A stretch of DNA of 64,000 nucleotides. It comes from Acidimicrobiia bacterium (lineage in GTDB: Bacteria > Actinomycetota > Acidimicrobiia > Spongiisociales > Spongiisociaceae). The notes beneath the pieces were generated by a model. It had not been told where the DNA came from. It saw only the letters and a list, made by a program, of their open reading frames with translations, and did no database searches. Of the stretch, positions 9,823 through 18,978 are shown piece after piece (within the stretch, counting starts at the first letter, position 1; every line of letters begins with the position of its first letter). The DNA lies in contig JBFGLM010000022.1 of the NCBI GenBank assembly GCA_041576165.1, positions 14,528 to 78,527 of the forward strand, given 5' to 3'. A program made the position numbers and the translations under genes.

Positions 9823-12800
9823 TGAGTGGGATCCTGGCCGGCACGCCCGATTTCACCCCCGGCGAGGCGGCGGAGCTGTGGGCTGACGCCTACGGCGACG
9901 TCATCCAGGTCGACCGCCTGCCGAGCGAGCGAGATCAGAACTTCCGTGTGTCGACCGCGAAGGGGACGAGGCTGCTCAAGATCTTCAATGCGCGGGAGGA
10001 TCCGGCGTTCGTCGGTGTGCAACATCAGGTCTGGGACCGGCTCGGCGACCATGTCGACTACTGCCCGCGCCTGATCAAGACCAGGAGCGGGAGCCCGACT
10101 CGGACGGTGGCCAGCCCGCGCCTGGGCACCGAACACATGGCCCGCGCTACGACCTGGCTGGACGGCACGCCGCTGAGCGAAGTCGGCTACCGGTCTGCGA
10201 GCCTGCTCCGGGACCTCGGAGCCAAACTCGGGGCTCTCGACGATGCGCTCGCCGGGTTTGATCATCCCGCTGCCCATCGAGCGTTCCGGTGGGACCTGCG
10301 TCGAGCCCCGGCAGTACTGGCCCAGCATCGCGACCACCTGGACGGCGCAGGTGGCAAGTGGGCCGACCGGGTTGACGAGCTGTATGCCGGCCGGGTCGTA
10401 CCGCGCCTCGAGCGGCTGCGCACCAGTGTGATCCACAACGACGCGAACGACCACAACATCCTGTGCGGTGGGGGCCGCGACCCGTGGACACGGCATCAGA
10501 CCGTCACCGGCATCGTGGATTGGGGAGACATGGTTCACAGCTACACCGTCGGTAACGTCGCCGTTGCCCTTGCCTATGTGGCGCTCGATCACGACGATCC
10601 GTTGGGCGCGGCGAGTGCAGTAATCCACGGATATCAGCCGGTATATCCGCTCACCGAGGATGAACTCGATGTGCTGTGGGGCATGACGCTGATGCGGCTG
10701 GCAGTCAGCATGGTCCTCGCCGCCGTCCAACAGCGAGAGCGCCCTGACGACGCCTATCTCACAGTCAGTCAGGACTCGGTCCAGGTCGTTCTGCCCGCCC
10801 TGTTGGAACTGCCGTACGGCTATGCGACCGCCGTATTGCGCCACGCTGCCGAAGTGGAGCCCGTGCGTGGCGCCTCCGCGGTGGCCGATCATTTGACCTC
10901 CATCGCCGGCACCACCCAGCCGGTGCTGGGAGTGCCCTTCACTCAGGACAACACAATCAAGCTGGATCTCGGAGTCGACTCGCTCGTCTCGACCGGCGAC
11001 CCTACGGTCTTCGATGCGTCCGAGGTCGGGATACCCAGCGCCGAGCGCAAGATGGCAGCGGCCGGCGCGAGCTTCGCCGTAGGCGCGTTCGGCGAGGCAC
11101 GCCTGATCTACACCCATCCAGTGTTCGCGACGGGTCCCTCGCCGCTCTCAGAGCGCCGAACCATCCACTTGGGCGTCGATCTATTTGCTGCCGTTGGTTC
11201 GCCGGTCCACGCACCGCTGGCCGGGTTGGTGCGCGCCGTGGGTCCTGCGCCCGAGCCGCAGGGCTACGGCCACGCCATAACGCTGCGACACGAGACGCCC
11301 GGAGGCGTGCCCTTTTGGACGCTGTATGGGCATCTGTCGGCTGACTCGCTCGCGACTGTTGCGCCCGGTGACAGGATCGAGGCGGGACACCCGATCGGCT
11401 CCATCGGCCCGCCGGAGGAAAACGGCGGATGGTCGCCCCACCTCCATTTCATGGTCATTACGGACATGCTGGACCACGCTCACGACTTCCCCGGCGTCGG
11501 TCTCGCCTCCCACCTCGAGGTCTGGACTTCTCTGGCGATCGACCCCAGCCCGCTGCTGGGCATTCCCGCCAGCCTGGCACCCCAGGAACCGAGCGCAGCG
11601 GAGACCGCATCTCGCCGCGCGCGGTATTTGGCGCCCAGTCTGCGATTGAGTTACCAGGAGCCGGTCAGGCTGGCACGCGGCTGGATGCAGTGGCTGTGGG
11701 ACGACGCAGGACGACGATATCTCGACGCCTACAACAACGTTCCTCATATCGGCCACGCCCACCCCGCGGTAGTCGCGGCCGCCGCCCGCCAAATGGCAGT
11801 GCTCAACACCAACACCCGCTACCTCCACGAGAGCATCATTCGTTATGCGGAACGGCTCGGCGCCACCCTCCCGCCGCCGCTCGATGTATGCGTGTTCACC
11901 AACTCAGCCAGTGAGGCCAACGAGGTAGCGGTGCGGATGGCGCGTGCGGCCACCGGCCGCCGGGGCATGGTGGTGCTCGAAGACGCGTACCACGGCCACA
12001 CAACGTCACTGATCGACCTGAGCCCGTACAAGCATTCGGGACCCGGGGGCGAAGGTCCTCCCGACTGGGTGGCAGTGGCCGCTGTGCCCGACACGTATCG
12101 CGGTCCCTACCACGCAGACGATCCCGCGGCGGCCGCCAGGTATGCGGCGGATGTGAAGCGGGCATGCGCAGACCTCGCATCCGATTGGGGGGTGGCGGGA
12201 TTCCTGGCAGAGACGTTCCCGAGCGTGGCCGGACAAATCGTTCCGCCCGCCGGGTACCTAGCGGCGGCGTACGAACACGTCCGAGCCGCCGGAGGATTGG
12301 TGATAGCCGATGAAGTGCAGACCGGCTACGGCCGGACCGGCACGCTCTACGCCTTCGAGCAGCAAGGCGTTGTTCCCGACATCGTCGTGTTGGGAAAGCC
12401 GATCGGCAATGGCCACCCGATCGGCGCGGTGGTGACCACTCGGGAGATTGCCGATTCCTTTGACACCGGCATGGAGTTCTTCTCCACCTTTGGTGGTAAC
12501 ACGGTGTCGGCCGCCGTGGGCCTGGCCGTGCTCGATGTCCTCGAGCGAGATGGTCTGGTTGCCCACTCCCAGGAGGTCGGTGGTGACCTGTTACAGGCGC
12601 TGGGTGAGCTGCCGTCCCGCCACCCTATCGTGGGGGATGTTCGCGGCCGCGGTCTCTACCTCGGGGTCGAATTGGTCCTGGACGCTGGCACGCTGGATCC
12701 CGCAACAGACGAAGCCTCATTCGTGGTCAACCAGCTCCGTCAGCGCGGGATTCTGATAGGTACGGAGGGCCCGTTCGGCAACGTGTTGAAGATACGGCCG

Positions 12801-12875
12801 CCACTGCCGTTCGACCATCGCAACGTTGCGTTGCTGGTGGAGCACCTCGATGTTGTTCTGGGCTGGCTCCACTGA
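9819..12875 (+). CDS. Fusion of APH-like kinase, M23-type domain and class III aminotransferase/phospho-lyase
   Basis: IHNDANDHNIL and IVDWGD (kinase); IHLGVD, YGH, PHLHF (M23); YLDAYNNV, DEVQTGYGRTG, LGKPIGNG (class III PLP enzyme). Confidence 0.9.
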   Translation: MMSGILAGTPDFTPGEAAELWADAYGDVIQVDRLPSERDQNFRVSTAKGTRLLKIFNAREDPAFVGVQHQVWDRLGDHVDYCPRLIKTRSGSPTRTVASPRLGTEHMARATTWLDGTPLSEVGYRSASLLRDLGAKLGALDDALAGFDHPAAHRAFRWDLRRAPAVLAQHRDHLDGAGGKWADRVDELYAGRVVPRLERLRTSVIHNDANDHNILCGGGRDPWTRHQTVTGIVDWGDMVHSYTVGNVAVALAYVALDHDDPLGAASAVIHGYQPVYPLTEDELDVLWGMTLMRLAVSMVLAAVQQRERPDDAYLTVSQDSVQVVLPALLELPYGYATAVLRHAAEVEPVRGASAVADHLTSIAGTTQPVLGVPFTQDNTIKLDLGVDSLVSTGDPTVFDASEVGIPSAERKMAAAGASFAVGAFGEARLIYTHPVFATGPSPLSERRTIHLGVDLFAAVGSPVHAPLAGLVRAVGPAPEPQGYGHAITLRHETPGGVPFWTLYGHLSADSLATVAPGDRIEAGHPIGSIGPPEENGGWSPHLHFMVITDMLDHAHDFPGVGLASHLEVWTSLAIDPSPLLGIPASLAPQEPSAAETASRRARYLAPSLRLSYQEPVRLARGWMQWLWDDAGRRYLDAYNNVPHIGHAHPAVVAAAARQMAVLNTNTRYLHESIIRYAERLGATLPPPLDVCVFTNSASEANEVAVRMARAATGRRGMVVLEDAYHGHTTSLIDLSPYKHSGPGGEGPPDWVAVAAVPDTYRGPYHADDPAAAARYAADVKRACADLASDWGVAGFLAETFPSVAGQIVPPAGYLAAAYEHVRAAGGLVIADEVQTGYGRTGTLYAFEQQGVVPDIVVLGKPIGNGHPIGAVVTTREIADSFDTGMEFFSTFGGNTVSAAVGLAVLDVLERDGLVAHSQEVGGDLLQALGELPSRHPIVGDVRGRGLYLGVELVLDAGTLDPATDEASFVVNQLRQRGILIGTEGPFGNVLKIRPPLPFDHRNVALLVEHLDVVLGWLH

Positions 12876-12913
12876 GACCGAGCCGCCGCTCGACAGCGAG
12901 CAGCTACCGGCAC

Positions 12914-15217
12914 CTAGCCGTCCTTCGGTTGTGCCCGGTTGACGATCTGCGGGCTCCGATGCGGGGCAGGGCTCGGAGCCTCGGGGGCCTTCACCACGTC
13001 GACCAAACAGCTCTGTGCGACCGGGCCCTGTGCCAGCGACGAGGTGCCCACGTCCCGGGTGAGCACGTTGGGATTGCCGTGCCGGCATGGCGAACCAGGA
13101 ACGCTCGGATCCGCCGGGTCGTACCAGGCGCCGGTCGGCAGCTCGATCACCCCCACTCGCACGGCCTCGCTCACGCGCACGCCTGCGTAGCAGGCACCCC
13201 TGTCGTTGAAGATCCGTACCGGATCGCCGGTGTGCAGGTCCCGGGCAGCAGCATCGATTGGATGCATCCGGACCACCTCGCGTCCGTCGATCTTGCGCTC
13301 GGTGCTGGTGAGGCCGTGGTCCAGCTGGGAGTGCAGCCGGGTGGATGGCTGATTCGATATGAGATGTAACGGGTAACGGTCGGCGTTGCCAAGCCACTCG
13401 TGCGAGGGGAGGAAGGTCGGATGGGGCGGGCAGTCGTCATACCGGAATCCGGCAATGGTTGACGAATACAGCTCGATCTTTCCCGATGGCGTGGGCAGTG
13501 GGTTCGCGTCGGGGTCCGCTCGGAACGCGTCGAACAGCACCACCAGGGCCTCCGGCGTTTCTGGATGCTGGACGTAGCCGGCGGCCACGAACTCATCGAA
13601 GGTGGGGTACTCCGGGAACTGATCAAGAAACGTGTCGTACAGGTGCTTGACCCACTCCCGGGCCGTGCGGCCCTCAGTGAACCGGTCACCGACACCGAGG
13701 CGGCTGGCCAGGCCGGCAAATATCTCATAGTCGTCCCGCGACTCTCCCACCGGCTCGATGGCAGGTTGCATCGCAAAGAGGAAGTCCTCTCGCACCGAGC
13801 CGCCGACGTCGAAGCGTTCGAGCGGCGTGGTGGCCGGGAACACAATGTCGGCGCGCCGTGCGGTGGCGGTCCAGTACGGCTCGTTCACGATGATGGTTTC
13901 GGGCCGTTGCCACGCGGTCACCAGACGATTCAGGTCCTGATGATGGTGAAATGGGTTCCCGCCCGTCCAGTAGATGAGCTTGATGTCCGGGTAGCTGAGG
14001 TCCTGTCCGTTGTAGGTGAATCCGCCATCGGGCTGGAGCAGCATATCGGCGATCCGGGCAACTGGAATGAAGTCTTCAACCGGATTGGCGTCCCGACCCA
14101 GCGACGGGAAGGGTCGCCGGGTCACCCCATTTCCGACCGATGCAACTGCCCCGTAGCCCAGCCCGAATCCACCACCGGGCAAGCCGACCTGACCGATGAC
14201 GCACGCCAGCGCGATGAGCGCCCACCACGTCTGCTCACCGTGGTCGGCCCGTTGCAGACCCCACGCGATATTGAGCATCGTCCGGCTCGCGGACAGTTCG
14301 TGGGCGAGTGATCGGATCCGGCCCGGATCGATCTCGGCGATGCCTGCGGCCCAGCCAGCATCTTTCGGAACGCCGTCAGCCTGGCCCGTGATGTAGGCGC
14401 GCAACTCGGGCCAGCCGACGCAGTATCGAGCAAGAAACGCCTCATCCGCGTGGTCTCTGGCGGTCAGCGTGTGCATCATCGCGAGCATGATCGCCACGTC
14501 GGTCCCGGGCCGGGGGGCGATCCACTCGGCTTCGAGGTCGGCCAGCATGTCGTCGCGGATCGGCGAGATGTTCACGAAGCGGGTACCGCGGTCGCGTGCG
14601 CGTTCCAGCCATCCGCGCAGGCTGTGCCGTCCCAAGCCACCGTTCTGCACTTGCGCGTTCTTCATGGGGATGCCGCCGAACGACACGATGAGATCGGCAC
14701 TCTCCGCGATGATCGGCCATGACGTGTGGGCCTGCTGGACGTGCCAGTAATCGTGCCCGAGCACATGAGGAACGATCACTTCTCCAGCCGCGTGGCTGTA
14801 AGTGTCGCGCTTTGAGGTGTAGCCGCCGATGTTGGTCAGGAACCTGTGGAGCTGGCTTTGGGCATGGTGGAAACGCCCGGGGCTCGACCACCCGTAGGAC
14901 CCGCCGAATATTGCCTGATTTCCGAATGAAGCCCGAACTCGGCCGAGCTCGGCAGCGGCAAGATCGAGGGCCTCATCCCAATCAACCTCGACAAACGGAT
15001 CGACGCCCCGCAGCTCGGTCCGCGCTCCCGGCCCGACCTCCAACCAGCTGCGGCGGATAGATGGCCCCAGCACCCTGCTGCGGGTGACGGCTTCCAGCGA
15101 TGCTCCGATCGGGGAGGGATCCGGGTCTTTGGCGAACGGTCGGACTCCCGTGATCCGGCGTCCGTCACTATCGACCTCGTAGGCGCCCCAGTGGGTGACG
15201 GTCATCTTCGTTGTCAT
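12914..15217 (-). CDS. Molybdopterin S/N-oxide reductase, BisC/TorZ-like (cytoplasmic, no Tat signal)
   Basis: THWG start, GGSYGWSSPGRFHHAQ, GGNPFHHHQD, RLHSQ, HGNPNVLTRD. Confidence 0.9.
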   Translation of the reverse strand: MTTKMTVTHWGAYEVDSDGRRITGVRPFAKDPDPSPIGASLEAVTRSRVLGPSIRRSWLEVGPGARTELRGVDPFVEVDWDEALDLAAAELGRVRASFGNQAIFGGSYGWSSPGRFHHAQSQLHRFLTNIGGYTSKRDTYSHAAGEVIVPHVLGHDYWHVQQAHTSWPIIAESADLIVSFGGIPMKNAQVQNGGLGRHSLRGWLERARDRGTRFVNISPIRDDMLADLEAEWIAPRPGTDVAIMLAMMHTLTARDHADEAFLARYCVGWPELRAYITGQADGVPKDAGWAAGIAEIDPGRIRSLAHELSASRTMLNIAWGLQRADHGEQTWWALIALACVIGQVGLPGGGFGLGYGAVASVGNGVTRRPFPSLGRDANPVEDFIPVARIADMLLQPDGGFTYNGQDLSYPDIKLIYWTGGNPFHHHQDLNRLVTAWQRPETIIVNEPYWTATARRADIVFPATTPLERFDVGGSVREDFLFAMQPAIEPVGESRDDYEIFAGLASRLGVGDRFTEGRTAREWVKHLYDTFLDQFPEYPTFDEFVAAGYVQHPETPEALVVLFDAFRADPDANPLPTPSGKIELYSSTIAGFRYDDCPPHPTFLPSHEWLGNADRYPLHLISNQPSTRLHSQLDHGLTSTERKIDGREVVRMHPIDAAARDLHTGDPVRIFNDRGACYAGVRVSEAVRVGVIELPTGAWYDPADPSVPGSPCRHGNPNVLTRDVGTSSLAQGPVAQSCLVDVVKAPEAPSPAPHRSPQIVNRAQPKDG

Positions 15218-15294
15218 ATGCTCATTCTGCCTCATCGGGCCTGGGCGCGGCCCGGTGAGGCATGCTCTTTCGCCGGGTCGTACGATCTGGCGTC

Positions 15295-15636
15295 ATGCGA
15301 GTCATGATCGATCTTTGTGTCGTCCCCGTCGGGGTGGGCGTCTCTGTGTCCTCCTATATCGCAGCGTGCGAACAGGTTCTGCAGGACGCCGGCCTCAGCC
15401 ACCAACTCCACGCGTACGGCACGAACGTCGAGGGGGACTGGGACGATGTCTTCGCAGCGGTGAAGCGCTGCCACGAAGTGGTGCATGCGATGGGCGCACC
15501 CCGGATCACAACATCGATGCGCGTAGGAACCAGAACGGACCGGGTACAGACAATCGTCGACAAGATCCGAAGCGTCGAAGCGAAGGCGGGGGCCCCGGTG
15601 GAATCGGGCGGCCCGGCCGGGAAGAGAGGACAGTGA
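15295..15636 (+). CDS. MTH1187 family thiamine-binding protein
   Basis: DLCVVPVGVGVSVSSYIA, HAYGTNVEGDWD, GTRTDR. Confidence 0.92.
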   Translation: MRVMIDLCVVPVGVGVSVSSYIAACEQVLQDAGLSHQLHAYGTNVEGDWDDVFAAVKRCHEVVHAMGAPRITTSMRVGTRTDRVQTIVDKIRSVEAKAGAPVESGGPAGKRGQ

Positions 15637-15637
15637 C

Positions 15638-16171
15638 ATGCCAGCCGATTCCGGCTTCACGTCCAATGTGACCGACCTGCTGGCCGGCAATGCACGGTAT
15701 GCCGAGGAGTTCACCTGGGACGAGATGCCGGCGGCTCCGAGCCGGCATCTCGCGGTGGTCGCCTGCATGGACGCGCGGATGGACGTGTATCGAATCCTGG
15801 GTCTCGGTCCGGGTGAGAGCCATGTGATACGTAACGCGGGCGGCATCGTCACCGACGATGTCATCCGCTCGCTGTGCCTTTCCCAGCGCCTGCTCGGTAC
15901 ACGCGAGATCGTGCTGGTGCACCACACCAACTGCGGTCTCGAATCCCTCTCGGAAGCGTCCCTCAGGGCCGAGCTGGCAGCCGACACCGGTCACGAGCCG
16001 CCTTGGGCGATCGGCGCATTCCAGGACCCGTACGACGACGTGCGGCACTCGATCCGCCGGCTTCTCGAATCGCCATTCCTATCGCACAAACAGCACATAC
16101 ACGGTTTTGTCTACGACGTGAGCGACGGGTCGCTGGTGAACGTGGAAAAGAGGAACGACGTCGCGCGCTGA
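15638..16171 (+). CDS. Beta-class carbonic anhydrase (Rv1284-like)
   Basis: CMDAR, RNAGG, HHTNCG zinc ligands. Confidence 0.93.
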   Translation: MPADSGFTSNVTDLLAGNARYAEEFTWDEMPAAPSRHLAVVACMDARMDVYRILGLGPGESHVIRNAGGIVTDDVIRSLCLSQRLLGTREIVLVHHTNCGLESLSEASLRAELAADTGHEPPWAIGAFQDPYDDVRHSIRRLLESPFLSHKQHIHGFVYDVSDGSLVNVEKRNDVAR

Positions 16172-16251
16172 CCGCAACGGCCTGATCACGCCTTGCTGCA
16201 CGGTGTGGAATAGCCACTTCCTTATACCTTGGTATCCAATATATTGTTGGT

Positions 16252-16620
16252 ATGGTCTTCGATTTCATTTCCGGATACGTGCTGGGGGCGCGCAACGTCA
16301 CCCGCGCTGCCGGCATGGCTGCCTCTGCCGCCCAGTTCCATGCGCAACCTCAGTCGAAGCTCCTCGATCTGACTGACCGGTTGGACCGAATGACCCTCGT
16401 CATGGAAGCCATGTGGTCGCTCCTGCACGAGCAAGGCTTCACCAACGACCAGCTCATCGCCCGCATCGAAGAGCTGGATGCCGCAGACGGTGCTGTGGAT
16501 GGCCGCAAGATCACGCCCGCCGCGGACTGCCCCGAATGCGGCGCCAAAGTCGGGCGCGGTATCGGACACTGTCAGTTCTGCGGATACGAGATCGACGACC
16601 CGAGCCCCTTCGCTTCCTGA
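16252..16620 (+). CDS. Hypothetical protein with C-terminal zinc ribbon
   Basis: CPECG...CQFCG; DAADGAVDG. Leaderless start (TATATT-N6-ATG). Confidence 0.8.
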   Translation: MVFDFISGYVLGARNVTRAAGMAASAAQFHAQPQSKLLDLTDRLDRMTLVMEAMWSLLHEQGFTNDQLIARIEELDAADGAVDGRKITPAADCPECGAKVGRGIGHCQFCGYEIDDPSPFAS

Positions 16621-16657
16621 TCTGGGTCGCTAGTTGAGCCCGGCCGGTAGCGTACGG

Positions 16658-18106
16658 ATGGTGAGAACCGTCTTGCTGCTGGTGTTCATGCTCGCCCTCG
16701 CCGCGTGTACGGGCGATGCATCTCAACCCAATGACCCGCCGGTCACTGAGGCCCTTTCCACGACGTCCCTGTCTGTTGGCGCGGGCGGGCTGTCCGCCGA
16801 ACGGCCCGACGGCCCCGCCATCGACAGCCGCGGCAGCGAACTTCCACCTGCTCCCGACCATCCCGATGGCCCGCTGGATCCCGACGCCGTTGACAACTTG
16901 GAGCAAATCTATGAAACGCTCCAGACCGGCGTGGACACTGACGCGATCGAAGCACTAGCTGCATCAGACGATCCCCGGCTTGGCTGGGTACTGGCGGATC
17001 TACTCCGCTTCTTTCCTCGGGGCCAGGTGACCGACTCGGTGGTCAACACCTTCGGCAACTTGATGGGCACATCACTGACCTCGAGTCCTTCGCGTGTGCC
17101 GTGGACCGAGGTCTCAAACCTCATGATTGCCTGGGATCTCCCAGCACCGCCGGACTACACCGACTACAAGGCTCGACTTTTCACGCTGGTCGAGCCCGGC
17201 TGGGCGCCGTTCTTCGAAGATGCCGGGGCCGATATCGATTGGCGCTGGGTGAGCTGGGGTGGGGTTCTGATGGATCAGCGGGTGCTCGGGGACCAGAGCC
17301 CCTGCCCGCGCGGATGCATTCCCGCCCTTGACGATCCGTCAGTGACCGACGCCGAGGGAGGGTCGTGGTACCCCGACGACTCCATAGTCTTTGCGGTGAC
17401 CGTCAACGGCGAATCCCGGGCGTACCCGAAAAACATCATGGAAGTGCACGAAATGGTGAACGACACGCTGGGTGGGCGGCGGCTCGGGATGCCGTACTGC
17501 ACCCTGTGCGGATCCGCCCAGGCCTATTTGACCGACAGCGTTCCACCCGGCATCGAAACCCCCGTCCTCCGCACGTCCGGCCTCCTGTCCCGCTCGAACA
17601 AAGTGATGTACGACCTGATCAGCAAGTCCGTCTTCGACACGTTCCTTGGCACCGCAGTGTCCGGGCCGCTGCGCGAGGCAGGTGTCACTCTCGAACAGGT
17701 TTCGATGATTGCCACGACCTGGGGCGAGTGGAAGGCCGCCCACCCGGACACAACGATCGTTGCCGAAGATGGCGGGATCGGGCGTTCCTACCCTGCGGAC
17801 CCGCTCCGCGGAAGAGACGACGACGGTCCGATCTTCCCCGTGGGCGATGTGGATCCTCGCCTCGCGGTCCAGGAGCCCGTCATCGGGGTGGAGACCCCGG
17901 ATGGGACGGCGATCGCGTTTCCAACCGGTCAGGTGCGGGAGGTGCTCGGCGGGGGCGGCGACATTCGCGTGGCCGGGGTCGAGCTGGAAATCGACGGTGG
18001 CGGCGTCCGCGCTTATCTGGATGATGGGACCGAATTGGCCACTCACCAGGCGTTCTGGTTTGCCTGGAGCCAGTTCCGGCCCGACACACTCCTCTGGGAG
18101 GCGTGA
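16658..18106 (+). CDS. DUF3179 domain lipoprotein
   Basis: LAAC lipobox; IPALDDP, HEMVND, YCTLCGS, SGLL..SN..MYD, FWFAWSQFRPDT. Confidence 0.85.
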   Translation: MVRTVLLLVFMLALAACTGDASQPNDPPVTEALSTTSLSVGAGGLSAERPDGPAIDSRGSELPPAPDHPDGPLDPDAVDNLEQIYETLQTGVDTDAIEALAASDDPRLGWVLADLLRFFPRGQVTDSVVNTFGNLMGTSLTSSPSRVPWTEVSNLMIAWDLPAPPDYTDYKARLFTLVEPGWAPFFEDAGADIDWRWVSWGGVLMDQRVLGDQSPCPRGCIPALDDPSVTDAEGGSWYPDDSIVFAVTVNGESRAYPKNIMEVHEMVNDTLGGRRLGMPYCTLCGSAQAYLTDSVPPGIETPVLRTSGLLSRSNKVMYDLISKSVFDTFLGTAVSGPLREAGVTLEQVSMIATTWGEWKAAHPDTTIVAEDGGIGRSYPADPLRGRDDDGPIFPVGDVDPRLAVQEPVIGVETPDGTAIAFPTGQVREVLGGGGDIRVAGVELEIDGGGVRAYLDDGTELATHQAFWFAWSQFRPDTLLWEA

Positions 18107-18113
18107 CGAAAGC

Positions 18114-18665
18114 TCACTCCTTGGGCGGGGTGTCCCAGTCCTGGGTGTCTTTGCCGTTGACTCGGGCAAGGATGTCCAGCGCAGCCGATGCTCCGTCGCC
18201 GGCCGAGATGATCGCCTGACTGCGTGTCGGCCGGACGCTGCGGCCCACGACATACACGCCGTCAACGCTGCTGCGCCCACTGCGATCGACGGCAATCCCG
18301 CCCTCTGGATCACCGAGACCGAGGGCCTCCGCCAGGGGAGCGTTCTTTCCCTCGGTCAGGATCAGGTAGTCGACTAGATGGGTCGGGCGTTTCTCGACGG
18401 TGAGTTGGAATCCGTCGTCCGTGGCCTCCACGCCGGTTACCTGCGCGTCGACGAGGTCGGCTCCGAACTCCTCGACTTGGCGACGGGCAATCTTCTGGAA
18501 GCTCGATCCGGCGATCTCAGGTATCCCGAGATAGTTGTAAATGTAGGCATAGTGCATGGCCGTGTTGTCTTGGCCGTAGACGGTGACGTCCTGGCCGTTC
18601 TTGGCGAGAAACAAGGCTGCGCTCAGGCCGCCCGGGCCGTCTCCCACGATTCCGACCACTGCCAT
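18114..18665 (-). CDS. Short NAD(P)/FAD-dependent oxidoreductase (thioredoxin reductase-like)
   Basis: GDGPGGLSAALFLAK, NYLG, QAIISAGDGA. Confidence 0.85.
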   Translation of the reverse strand: MAVVGIVGDGPGGLSAALFLAKNGQDVTVYGQDNTAMHYAYIYNYLGIPEIAGSSFQKIARRQVEEFGADLVDAQVTGVEATDDGFQLTVEKRPTHLVDYLILTEGKNAPLAEALGLGDPEGGIAVDRSGRSSVDGVYVVGRSVRPTRSQAIISAGDGASAALDILARVNGKDTQDWDTPPKE

Positions 18666-18792
18666 GTGCCACCTCCGTGTCGCCGGGAACGGCTAGGCTA
18701 CTTGCAGGCTGCAACTACCTCGCTCGGCGCGATAACCTCAGGGTCGCGCTCAGGTCCCGCCCGATTTTGCCACACACCGTTACAATGCCGCC

Positions 18793-18951
18793 ATGCGCAA
18801 ACTGGTACGGGGGATCGTAGGCCTCCTGAGGGGCATCGGGGCCTTCCTGCGGATGCTGGCCCGACCGTTCCGCGGGTCGAGGATCGACTACCCGGAGAGT
18901 GACGAGCTCAAGCTCGAACGAGAGCGCATGCGAGGCATGCGAGGCTTTTGA
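18793..18951 (+). CDS. Small leaderless protein (52 aa), below the ORF-track cutoff
   Basis: TACAAT (18781-18786)-N6-ATG; MRKLVRGIVGLLRGIGAFLRMLARPFRGSRIDYPESDELKLERERMRGMRGF. Confidence 0.6.
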   Translation: MRKLVRGIVGLLRGIGAFLRMLARPFRGSRIDYPESDELKLERERMRGMRGF

Positions 18952-18978
18952 CCCACTCCCGACAGCACAACCGCAGAA

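Noticed and set aside
9273-11117. Long antisense or alternate-frame ORFs (for example 9273-11117, 49126-50412, 59709-61235)
   Set aside because: They are shadows of real genes on the opposite strand, expected at high GC, with no recognisable motifs.
18700-18740. SigH promoter for the TrxB-like gene
   Set aside because: GTTG is present, but the -35 (GGTTAT) and spacing deviate from the consensus.
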